A DNA stretch of 64,000 nucleotides from contig JAFSDN010000088.1 of assembly GCA_017436245.1 (NCBI GenBank), forward strand, positions 10,075-74,074, given 5' to 3'. Of the stretch, positions 19,585-28,441 are shown in pieces. Every line of letters starts with the position of its first letter. Position 1 is the first letter of the stretch. The notes under the pieces were generated by a model. That model ran no database searches. It was not told the DNA's origin and saw only the letters and a program-made list of their open reading frames with translations. The position numbers were made by a program, and so were the translations under genes. This DNA comes from Clostridia bacterium (GTDB taxonomy: Bacteria; Bacillota; Clostridia; Monoglobales; Monoglobaceae).

Positions 19585-21408
19585 TTACTGAAGAACAATT
19601 GCGGTTGCTTCAAGTACGCCCGATGCATTTGAGCCTGTTATGATTGCGGAGCGTCCGGTTTCAACACTCTTGAGCGAAACAGTTTTGCCTGTTTTGCTGT
19701 CGATGATGTTTGTGCTCGATTTGCAGAAAACATTGTATTCAACGCCGTCTTCTTCGATAATCAGCAAGCCGTAGTTCAGATTGATTGTTTTGATTGTACC
19801 GGTGAGACTTGATTTTTCGATTGTTGCGGCAGCCTTGATTTGTGTGATTTCGCTGCTTTCAATTGTTATGTTGATGTCTGTGCCGGGACGAAGGTCATAA
19901 ACTGTTGCTTCTTCTGTTGAGTTGATAACAACCTTTGCACTCTTGTTGATTTTGAATTCGGACTTTTTGCCGTCTGCTTCAATTGTCAGCGAAGAGCCTG
20001 TGGTTGTGTGAGTAATTGAACTCATCTTGCCTGCCAGAGTCTGATTCTTGCTTGATGCCGAAATCTTTGTGATTTTTCCGTATGTGAGCTTGAGAACAAT
20101 TTTGTCGCCCTCCATAAGTGCCGCAAGGTTGGAATCCAGACTGTTGCGTGAAACAACAACGCCATCGGCTGAAATTTCGTATGCTTCGGTTTCGCCCGAC
20201 TGAGTTTCGATGTTGAGAGTTGTGTATTCGCCGGTTGCGTCAACCGATTCAAGAGTTCCTGTTACAGTTGAATTCTTGCCGATTACAGAAAGCTCTGTTA
20301 CCAGACCGTCTTCAATTTTCAGTTCAACATAGTCGTTCTTCTTAACCTTTGTGAAAAGGTCGATTGCGCCGTCAATTCTGATTTTTGCATCCTCTGAGAG
20401 AACATATGTGTCAACAATGGATTTGTCGTTTGCGTCGGCAATGGTGATTGATTTTGATTCCTGAGTGGGTTTTGTGCCCGAAACAAGACCGTAAATAACG
20501 GTGTCTTCAAGAACTACATAATTTTCAATCAGGGCAAGTTTGCCTGCAATGAGAGAAATTTTCACGGTCATACCTTCTGAAAGGTCTTCAAATTCAACTG
20601 CTTCGCCGTTTATTTTATATTCCGTGCTCTTGTCAACGGGATAAGCAACGTTTTCACCGTCAATGGCAATTGTAACTGTTTCGTCAAAAGCGTTTGTTTC
20701 AACAATAACGCCCGATGCAGTTGTTACGTCAAGAACGTCAATGAGCATATAGAGCATTTTTGACATCTGTGAACGTGTTACGGGAGTATTGGGCGAAAAT
20801 TCGGGATTACCGTCTGCGTTGTTGCCCATTCCCTGCATGATTCCCTGATCCTTCACATATTCAACATAGGGTCTTGCAAGCTCGGGGATGTCAAGGGTGT
20901 CGGCATATGAAGAAGTAACAAACATATTTGATTCAACCTCTTCAACGGCACCAAGGAGCTTTGTGAGGAGGATTGCTGCCTCATATCTCTTGAGAGGTTC
21001 GTTTTTGTTGGCGTTTGTGAGGTAATCGTCAAGGTCGGAGGGGTGAAGAACGCCTGTGTAAAGAAGGAATGCCACTTCCTGCTTGTAATTTGTGGTATAT
21101 TTTTTCAAAACAACATCAAATTCGTCAAGTGCATATTCAAGGGAATCGGCATAATTTGAATCGTTTAAGCCAATCATACGTGAAAGAAGAATGAGGGCTT
21201 CGGTTTTTGAAATGGGTTTGTTGGGCTGGAAAGTTCCGTCTTCGTAGCCTTTGATATATCCCATTTCTGCCATTTCGTTTATATAGGTTCTTGCCCATGA
21301 TACAGTTGGGTCGTTCTCTACATCAGAGAATGTGAGCTTTGCGGCGGAAACTGTTGAAAACAAAAATGTTGCACACAAAATTCCGCTCAGTATTTTTTTC
21401 TTAATCAT
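19585..21408 (-). CDS. SLH-domain cell-surface protein
   Basis: 607 aa with a signal peptide. N-terminal SLH repeats are present (FSDVENDPTVSWARTYINEMAEMGYIKGYEDGTFQPNKPISKTEALILL and more), followed by a beta-rich repetitive C-terminal region. Confidence 0.85.
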   Translation of the reverse strand: MIKKKILSGILCATFLFSTVSAAKLTFSDVENDPTVSWARTYINEMAEMGYIKGYEDGTFQPNKPISKTEALILLSRMIGLNDSNYADSLEYALDEFDVVLKKYTTNYKQEVAFLLYTGVLHPSDLDDYLTNANKNEPLKRYEAAILLTKLLGAVEEVESNMFVTSSYADTLDIPELARPYVEYVKDQGIMQGMGNNADGNPEFSPNTPVTRSQMSKMLYMLIDVLDVTTASGVIVETNAFDETVTIAIDGENVAYPVDKSTEYKINGEAVEFEDLSEGMTVKISLIAGKLALIENYVVLEDTVIYGLVSGTKPTQESKSITIADANDKSIVDTYVLSEDAKIRIDGAIDLFTKVKKNDYVELKIEDGLVTELSVIGKNSTVTGTLESVDATGEYTTLNIETQSGETEAYEISADGVVVSRNSLDSNLAALMEGDKIVLKLTYGKITKISASSKNQTLAGKMSSITHTTTGSSLTIEADGKKSEFKINKSAKVVINSTEEATVYDLRPGTDINITIESSEITQIKAAATIEKSSLTGTIKTINLNYGLLIIEEDGVEYNVFCKSSTNIIDSKTGKTVSLKSVETGRSAIITGSNASGVLEATAIVLQ

Positions 21409-21683
21409 TTGTTATTCCCCCTTGATTTATATATGGAAATTTAATTATTAACAGGTCAAAACCACAATATATAGTTTTTGTCTATTTTATTCTAACACAA
21501 ATATTTATAAATTTCAACTATATTTATGTAAAATTTCTTTACATATTTGTAACAAAATTATTAAATTTATTGGAAAACAGAAAAAATTTGTTAAAGACTC
21601 CAAAATCTTTGTGTTGTAAATTTATTTTGGTTACACACAATAAACTCGAAACATTTTCAAAAATTTTATAAGGAGGACTAAAA

Positions 21684-24548
21684 ATGTCAAAAAGATTTAT
21701 ATCCTTGTTTCTGACAATTGCCATGCTTTTTGTCTTTGGGGTAAATGTTTTTGCCGCTGATCCGGAGCTTATTCCCGTTTCAGGCGAAACCCCCGGCATG
21801 CTCAATGGCGATGCCGGCAAGGAAAACACATCTGAACAAAAGGGACAGACTTCCGATAATACGGATATGTCCATGCAGGCTTCGCCCCGAACAACCAATA
21901 CTGTTGACAACAGCGAAGCAATTGTTGAACAGAACAGAACAAAACGAAATGCGATGATGAATGAGGAACTCCCCGCAGGAAATGCTCTTTCAAGATACAG
22001 CCACAGCCGTGTGGCACTTCCCCCGGATATTGCAGGTACAAAATATGAAGAAGCTGCAGAGGTTCTTGGGGCGTTGGGTATCATGATTGGCGACGATACA
22101 GGTGCATTCCGACCCGATGACAACATCAAGCGTTCCGAAATGGCAAAGGTTGCCGTATATTCGGTTGGTCTTGAGGATGTTGCAAACAGCTCAAATGTTC
22201 CCACTGCTTTCCCTGATGTGGCAAAAAACCACTGGGCAAACGGCGCAATCAATGTTGCACATCAGCAGGGTATGGTTATTGGTGATGAAAGAGGCAGATT
22301 CCGTCCCGATGATGCAGTTTTGTTTCAGGAAGCGGTAACAATTATGGTAAGAGCTCTTGGTTATGAGCCCGTTGCAACTCAAAAGGGTGGCTATCCCGCA
22401 GGATATATGGCGGTTGCATCCGAAAACCAGCTTCTCAAGGGCGTTTCGTCTGCAGGCTCAACTCCCGCAAAGCGTGGCGATGTTGCACAGCTTGTTTTCA
22501 ACTCTCTTACGGTAAATATGATGGAACAGACGGGCTTTGGAAGCAATGTGGTTTATGAAGTTGTTGACAAAACACTCCTGTCCGACAGACTTAATGTTGA
22601 AAAGGCATACGGCCAGATTAAAGGAACAAGCGAAACAACACTCACAGGCGGCGGTGCCGCATCGGAAGGACAAATAATAATCAACGACAGCGTTTTTGAG
22701 GAAGGTAACACCAATGCGGTATCATATCTTGGCTACAACGTGGTTTATTATGCAAGAGTGGATTCCACAACCGATGAAAAAACATTGCTTCTTGTACGGC
22801 CCCAGAACACCAAAAATAAGGAGCTTACAATAAACGCAAAGGATATTGTTTCGGTGACGGGTGATGAAGGTGCCAACAAAACAGTAACCTACTGGAGAGC
22901 CAACACAAACGACCAGACAACAAAAACTGCATCCATTGTTGCAAAGCCTGTTTATATTTATAACGGAAAGTTCATTGAAACTCTGGCAAACGACCAGCTT
23001 ATTCCCAAAACAGGTAATCTGATTCTCCTTGACACAGATGTGAACAATGTGTATGATATTGTTTTTGTCAACCACTTCACAAACCTTGTTGTTGAAACAG
23101 TTTCAAGCGTAACGGGCAGAGTAACGGATAAGTACAATAATGGTTCATTACTTCTTGACCCCGAAAACACCGAGGTTATGTTCACACTTGTTAAAAACGG
23201 CGAAAAGATTAAGCCCTCCGACCTTGAGGAATGGAATGTTATTTCCTATACTGTCAGTCAGGATAAGCTGCTCATCAAGGCATATGTAACCACCGAAAGC
23301 ATCCTTGGCAGAGTTACTCAGGTTTCGGACGATGGCTTCAGAATAAATAATTCGGACACTTTCTACAAAAAGGCAAGCAATTATCCCAACGACATTGCAC
23401 TTCGTGACGAAGGCAGATTCTATCTTGACGTTGAAGGCAACGTTGCCGCTGTTGACACAACTGCTTCAACAACCGGAACTGCAATCCGCGGTGCTTACGG
23501 TTATCTGACAAATGCGGCAATCACAGGAACAATTGACGAAACAATCCAGTTCAAGATATTCACAGCAAAGGGCGAAAGTCAGGTATTTGACGGTGCAACA
23601 AAAATCCGTGTTAATGACACCTACGGCCTCACGGCTGAGGAAGTCCTCTCAAAATTCGGCAAGGACGGTCAGGTATCGCCTCAGCTCATCACCTATGAAA
23701 CAAACTCTGCAGGAAAGCTCACGGGTCTTGATATTGCAGTTGACAACACAGGAACAGGAGCGGTGAACAAGGGCGTATTCACAAAGAACTTTGCCGCAGC
23801 TGACCAGGTGTACAAGAGTGCATCGGGAATGCTTGGGGATATAAGAGTGAATACCGATACGGTTGTCTTTGATATTCCTGCCGATGCCGGAACAGACACA
23901 ACACGTTATGCCGTGAGAGACTACAAGATGTTCTCCAACAACACACCTTATGATATTGTGGTTTATGACCTTCAGGAGGACTTCTCTGCAAGAGCAATTG
24001 TTGTAACAAGTGCAACAGGTATTGCCGAGGCAAAATCACCCATTGTCCTTGTTGACGAAATTGCAACAGCACAGAACGAGGATTATGACACAGTTGATGT
24101 TATTTACGGTATTGAAAACGGTAAGGAAGTTGAACTGATGGCAACAGATACAACTGTATTCATCAAGGGCGACAACAAAAAGCTCAAGCAGGGTGACGTA
24201 TTCCAGTACAGCACCAATGCTCAGGGCGAGGTTGACAATATCACACTTCTCTTTGACAGCGATGCCATGACAACAGAATTTGTCAATGAAATCACCACAG
24301 ACCTCACAACTGTTTACGGACGTGTAACAAAGAAATTCGGTGATTCAATCAACGTCAGCGTCAACGGAAGCGTAAGAAACTATTCCACAGCAGATGCATT
24401 GGTTTACGAATATAACTCACAGAGAAAGCAGGGTAATGTTTCGGTTGTAACAGCCGGTGACATTGAAGTATATGAAGAAGGCAACGAAGTGAGAGTATTT
24501 GTAAAGATTTATGAAGATAAGGTTTCTGAAATTGTTATTGTGAGATAA
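21684..24548 (+). CDS. SLH-domain surface (S-layer-type) protein
   Basis: 954 aa with a signal peptide and strong RBS AAGGAGG. It has three SLH repeats (FRPDDNIKRSEMAKVAV..., FPDVAKNHWANGAINVAHQQGMVIGDERGRFRPDD...). It is a paralog of the 31453-34095 product. Confidence 0.85.
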   Translation: MSKRFISLFLTIAMLFVFGVNVFAADPELIPVSGETPGMLNGDAGKENTSEQKGQTSDNTDMSMQASPRTTNTVDNSEAIVEQNRTKRNAMMNEELPAGNALSRYSHSRVALPPDIAGTKYEEAAEVLGALGIMIGDDTGAFRPDDNIKRSEMAKVAVYSVGLEDVANSSNVPTAFPDVAKNHWANGAINVAHQQGMVIGDERGRFRPDDAVLFQEAVTIMVRALGYEPVATQKGGYPAGYMAVASENQLLKGVSSAGSTPAKRGDVAQLVFNSLTVNMMEQTGFGSNVVYEVVDKTLLSDRLNVEKAYGQIKGTSETTLTGGGAASEGQIIINDSVFEEGNTNAVSYLGYNVVYYARVDSTTDEKTLLLVRPQNTKNKELTINAKDIVSVTGDEGANKTVTYWRANTNDQTTKTASIVAKPVYIYNGKFIETLANDQLIPKTGNLILLDTDVNNVYDIVFVNHFTNLVVETVSSVTGRVTDKYNNGSLLLDPENTEVMFTLVKNGEKIKPSDLEEWNVISYTVSQDKLLIKAYVTTESILGRVTQVSDDGFRINNSDTFYKKASNYPNDIALRDEGRFYLDVEGNVAAVDTTASTTGTAIRGAYGYLTNAAITGTIDETIQFKIFTAKGESQVFDGATKIRVNDTYGLTAEEVLSKFGKDGQVSPQLITYETNSAGKLTGLDIAVDNTGTGAVNKGVFTKNFAAADQVYKSASGMLGDIRVNTDTVVFDIPADAGTDTTRYAVRDYKMFSNNTPYDIVVYDLQEDFSARAIVVTSATGIAEAKSPIVLVDEIATAQNEDYDTVDVIYGIENGKEVELMATDTTVFIKGDNKKLKQGDVFQYSTNAQGEVDNITLLFDSDAMTTEFVNEITTDLTTVYGRVTKKFGDSINVSVNGSVRNYSTADALVYEYNSQRKQGNVSVVTAGDIEVYEEGNEVRVFVKIYEDKVSEIVIVR

Positions 24549-24560
24549 CAAAAAGTATTC

Positions 24561-24592
24561 AAGGAGCTGTCGCAAAAATGCGGCAGCTCCTT
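24561..24592. terminator. Bidirectional terminator between the SLH gene and mtnN
   Basis: A 13-bp stem aaggagctgtcgc/gcggcagctcctt with one mismatch and loop aaaaat. Confidence 0.75.
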
Positions 24593-24640
24593 TGGGATGG
24601 ACGCAAAATAGTGCCTGGTCTGTACATTTTGCGACATCCC

Positions 24641-25327
24641 CTATATTTTATTGAAAAATACTTCCATAACCCTCACAAGGTTCTTTGCGGCGGCGTCAAC
24701 AAATTCCGTGTAGGAAAGGTGCGAGCTGCCGTCTGCATTGTCGGAAACGGAGCGGAGAATACAGAAGGGGATATTGTTCTTATATGCAACGTGGCCGATT
24801 GATGCGGCTTCCATTTCGCAGGCATATGCACCAAAGGTATCAACCAGATATTTCTTTTTTTCTGCACTGTTGATAAACTGGTCGCCCGAAACAATCTTTC
24901 CCGTAAGGGTGTGAATTCCGTTTTCTGCCGATGCAGATGCAAGTTTGGCGGAAAGAAGCTCATCTGACGGAATATCAACCATGTTGATTCCCGAAATAAA
25001 ACCCACGGGGTCGCCTAAGGGCGATGTGTCCATGTCGTGCTGAATTACAGACGTTGCAACCACAACATCACAAATGTTCAGTGACTTTTCAAGACCGCCT
25101 GCAACACCGCTGTTAATTATAAAATCGGGGTTGTATTTCAGGCACATGGTTTGTGTGCATATTGCCGCATTAACCTTGCCCACACCGCTGACTGCAACAA
25201 CAGCGGGCTTTCCCCACAAATTTCCGCTGACAAATTCCGTTCCGCTTACCGTTTCTGTACTTTTGTCAGTCATCAGCTCTTTAAAACTGTTGACCTCTAT
25301 GTCCATTGCTCCGATAATTCCTACCAT
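24641..25327 (-). CDS. mtnN: 5'-methylthioadenosine/S-adenosylhomocysteine nucleosidase
   Basis: The start was set at ATG 25327 (MVGIIGAMDIEV), after RBS AAGGAGA. The longer ORF start lies inside the repeat element. The protein carries the typical Pfs motifs GVGKVNAA, SGDQF and CEMEAASIGHVA. Confidence 0.88.
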   Translation of the reverse strand: MVGIIGAMDIEVNSFKELMTDKSTETVSGTEFVSGNLWGKPAVVAVSGVGKVNAAICTQTMCLKYNPDFIINSGVAGGLEKSLNICDVVVATSVIQHDMDTSPLGDPVGFISGINMVDIPSDELLSAKLASASAENGIHTLTGKIVSGDQFINSAEKKKYLVDTFGAYACEMEAASIGHVAYKNNIPFCILRSVSDNADGSSHLSYTEFVDAAAKNLVRVMEVFFNKI

Positions 25328-25379
25328 TTGTATTTTCTCCTTACATAATGTAGATATTTTTATATTTACGCTATCTGAA

Positions 25380-25567
25380 TTATAATCATTGTCGTGGAAA
25401 CGGCAAAATGCCGTTTTAAGCGGAACGCGTTCCGCAACTTTCAAGCTGTCGGCTTGAAAGCCACGCATGATTGCAATAGTGTCGGTCTTTGAAAACCATA
25501 GTTTTCAAAGGAGTTTGCGATGTATCGCAAACAAAAAACGCAAATGCGTTTCACCGACTACTATTAT
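25380..25567. repeat. 188-bp multi-hairpin intergenic element, copy B
   Basis: Same length, orientation and hairpin order as 9817-10004. The stem differences are compensatory (ctttgaaaac-cata-gttttcaaag versus ctgtgaaagc-cacg-gctttcacag). Confidence 0.9.
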
Positions 25568-25799
25568 AGCAAAAAATACATCCCAAAGTCAACAATTTTA
25601 CCAATTTTCAGCAAAGTGTTCTGTTGTCATAAGCTCCGAAATTGATACAATTTCGCAAAAGTCAAAATTTTTGACGAAACAATGGGGGTTCGAAAAGTGT
25701 GCAATGAACCAAATAAAGTCTTTTTTGCTGCAAATTAAGTTTTGTATAACAAAAAACTGTCTGTAATAGAATACGAGGGGTTCAGATTGAGACATCTTT

Positions 25800-27494
25800 T
25801 TAGTTTCTGGGAAGCCTTAAAGTGACCTCGGTATACTCATTTTCCTTACTTTCTATGTATAGACCATAAGCGTTTCCGTAGTTGAGACGTATGCGGTTCT
25901 GAATGTTTATAAGCCCGATTTTTGCGTTGTCTTTAACCGGTATTGGTGATGAACTGTCTACGGAGGCAAGCTCCAGATTAATTCTATCAAGTTTTTCCTT
26001 GGGTATACCTCTGCCGGTATCTGAAATTTTTATTGTAAGGACATTTTTTTCTGTTGTGGCAGAGATGTTGATGTTGACCCCTTTTTCGTCATAACCCTCA
26101 ACACCGTGCTTGAAAGCGTTTTCAACAATGGGCTGAAGCAACATTTTGAGGCACAGAATTTCTTCTACGTCTTCGGAAATATCAAAAGTGACGGTGAATT
26201 GCTTGGGATAACGGAAAGCCATAATGTTCAGATAGTTTTCAACAATTTCAATTTCATAAAACAACGGAACATTTTTTGCAGCAGATGTGCTGTAACGAAG
26301 CATTTTTGCAAGGGAAACTGCAATTTTGGTAACTTCGGGTGTATTTGATGTGTTGGCAATTCCGCAAATACAATCCAGAGTATTGTATATAAAGTGTGGA
26401 TTAACCTGTGCCTGCAATGCATATAATGCGGCATCCTTCTGGGCGATTTCGCTTTCGTACAGCCTTTGTTGGGTTTGAAAAATATGTCTTGAAAGTTTTT
26501 CGATGTTATCCACCATCTGGTCGATTTGAACTGCAATTATTCCGATTTCGGTCTGACTTTGCAGATTAATTCGTTCGCCCTTGTTGGTCAGAGAGTAGTT
26601 ATTCAAAAATTTCAGAATTTTTTGAATGGGAATATGTATGTTGGTTGTTATGCGGCGATGAGTAAAAATAAACATCAGCGGTATCAGAACAATTTCCAAC
26701 AAAAGAAGCGCAAGAACAATGGAAATGGGAAAGCTGAACGGCATACTGCTGTGAATAGCCCAGTTACCTCCGGGCAGGCTTCTTTTTTCGGAAAAATATT
26801 CCTTGTTTTTATAGTTTTTTGGAGTCAGCACAATGTCGTTTTTGTCACTGCTTTCCTCCCTGAGAAAAAAGTAGGTTTTCTTGTTGGTTGAACCGGGGTT
26901 CATAATCAGCTTGGCTGTGTTTATATTTCCCACCACGATGCAGGTTCCTATGGGTTTTATGTCTACGGCATCGGTTGAGGGGATTTTAATGTCACGACTA
27001 AGGAAAAAATAAACCTCATTGTATAGAGCGTTTGATACAGTAAAAAAAGTGAGAGCATCATTCTTTTCATGGCATGATGAATGGGTTTCACGGATGCTTT
27101 CCAAAAGCTGTGGGCTAATTTCATCGGACATATAGCTTATGTTGTTGTTTTTGTCAATGCAAACGGCAAAAAAATGCTCCTGAGATATATCACGGGTATT
27201 CTGAACCAGATTGGTGAATGATTGTTGTGTTTCGCGGCGATTTTCGGAATTTGGGTTAAGAAAATATGCTGTTGTTTTGGGGGATTTGGAAATGGAATCC
27301 AAAAGAGTGTTGCCGATTTTGATTTTTTGCTCCAGATTACGGTGAACATATGTGAGCTCATTTGAAAATTCGATTTGTTCACGGTCAATGCTTTGAAGGT
27401 ACAAGATGCAAATACAGATGATTTCTATAATGAATATTATAAGCCATGTGCTTATGGTGGAAAGATTTACGATGTTTCTTAAATTGGGTTTCAT
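25800..27494 (-). CDS. Sensor histidine kinase, YesM/LytS-type
   Basis: 564 aa. It has an N-terminal TM segment, a periplasmic-type domain and a second TM segment. It carries the His_kinase motif VNPHFIYNTLDCI and the HATPase motif ISDTGRGIP. Confidence 0.85.
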   Translation of the reverse strand: MKPNLRNIVNLSTISTWLIIFIIEIICICILYLQSIDREQIEFSNELTYVHRNLEQKIKIGNTLLDSISKSPKTTAYFLNPNSENRRETQQSFTNLVQNTRDISQEHFFAVCIDKNNNISYMSDEISPQLLESIRETHSSCHEKNDALTFFTVSNALYNEVYFFLSRDIKIPSTDAVDIKPIGTCIVVGNINTAKLIMNPGSTNKKTYFFLREESSDKNDIVLTPKNYKNKEYFSEKRSLPGGNWAIHSSMPFSFPISIVLALLLLEIVLIPLMFIFTHRRITTNIHIPIQKILKFLNNYSLTNKGERINLQSQTEIGIIAVQIDQMVDNIEKLSRHIFQTQQRLYESEIAQKDAALYALQAQVNPHFIYNTLDCICGIANTSNTPEVTKIAVSLAKMLRYSTSAAKNVPLFYEIEIVENYLNIMAFRYPKQFTVTFDISEDVEEILCLKMLLQPIVENAFKHGVEGYDEKGVNINISATTEKNVLTIKISDTGRGIPKEKLDRINLELASVDSSSPIPVKDNAKIGLINIQNRIRLNYGNAYGLYIESKENEYTEVTLRLPRN

Positions 27495-28237
27495 TCAGAA
27501 ACTCCCCCTTGTTGACGATACAGCTTTGGCGTAACTCCAAAATGCTTTTTGAAAATCTTATTGAAATATACATAATCATAATGCAGAAAATCTGCAATTT
27601 CGCTTATCCACATATCACTTTTCAGCAATAGCTCAGATGCTTTTTGCATCTTTAACTTTACAACGTATTCCGAAAAGTTACAATCAAAATGCTTTACAAA
27701 AAGCTGACTGCAATATGAAGCGTTTATCTGAAACTGTTCTGCAAGCTCGGACAACTGAAGTTTTTCTATATAATGTTTGTCAACATACTGAACCAGTTTT
27801 TTGAATGCCTGACTTGAAAAGTTCTGATAATCCGTTGCCTGATGTGCAGGGCTTTGTTCCTGATCCAATGAGTTTTTCAAATCCAGCATCAGCTTTTTTG
27901 CCGCATTGCTGTCAACCGGCTTGAGCAGATAGCTGAAAACACCGTATTTTATGGATTCCTGAGCGTAAGAAAAGTCGGCATATCCGCTTATTACAACAAT
28001 TTTTATTTTAAGTCCCCGCTGGCGGATTGCTTTGATTAGGTCAAGTCCGCTGAAGCCGGGCATTTTTATGTCTGTGAACAGCACGTCAGGCTGGTTTTCG
28101 ATAATGAATTCCAGAGCGCTGCGCACGTTGGTTGTGCAAAAAGGAGTTTCAAAGTCGAATTGCTCCCAGGGAAAAACGCTTTTTGTGTTTGCAACAGACC
28201 ATACTTCATCATCTACAATTATTGCACGATATGACAT
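27491..28237 (-). CDS. Response regulator with AraC-type HTH output (YesN-like)
   Basis: It has a receiver domain (IVDDE...LFTDIKMPGFSG) and a C-terminal AraC HTH. It overlaps the kinase gene by 4 nt. Confidence 0.88.
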   Translation of the reverse strand: MSYRAIIVDDEVWSVANTKSVFPWEQFDFETPFCTTNVRSALEFIIENQPDVLFTDIKMPGFSGLDLIKAIRQRGLKIKIVVISGYADFSYAQESIKYGVFSYLLKPVDSNAAKKLMLDLKNSLDQEQSPAHQATDYQNFSSQAFKKLVQYVDKHYIEKLQLSELAEQFQINASYCSQLFVKHFDCNFSEYVVKLKMQKASELLLKSDMWISEIADFLHYDYVYFNKIFKKHFGVTPKLYRQQGGVSE

Positions 28238-28441
28238 AAAAACCCCCGTTCTGCCGCTGTGGACATTCGTCCAAACGACTCTTTGATGAAATAATTATAC
28301 AATCATTTTTTGAATTTAGCAAGCCAAAAGTGCGAATAACCAATATTTAGACATAAATTCCAAACTGGCGACTATTGCCTTTTAAAATTGGGACATTTAT
28401 AATTATATTATGAAAAAAGATGATTACAGGGAGGTAATTAT

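Noticed and set aside
21409-21683. Small hairpins in the AT-rich divergent region between the two SLH genes (e.g. atgtaaa-atttc-tttacat at about 21526-21544) as candidate mRNA-stabilising leader structures
   Set aside because: The stems are short (7 bp) and AT-only in a very AT-rich region, so chance occurrence is likely. They are not reported as a feature.
21539-22252. 237-aa minus-strand ORF overlapping the promoter and 5' end of the 21684 SLH gene
   Set aside because: It overlaps a strongly supported SLH gene with a signal peptide and RBS. It has no start context and its composition is typical of an antisense frame.
28238-28441. Possible operator (direct or inverted repeats) for the YesN-like regulator in the divergent promoter region
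   Set aside because: I found only weak, short AT-rich similarities (for example aatttag and atatttag). Nothing stands out from the background AT-rich sequence, so no site is claimed.
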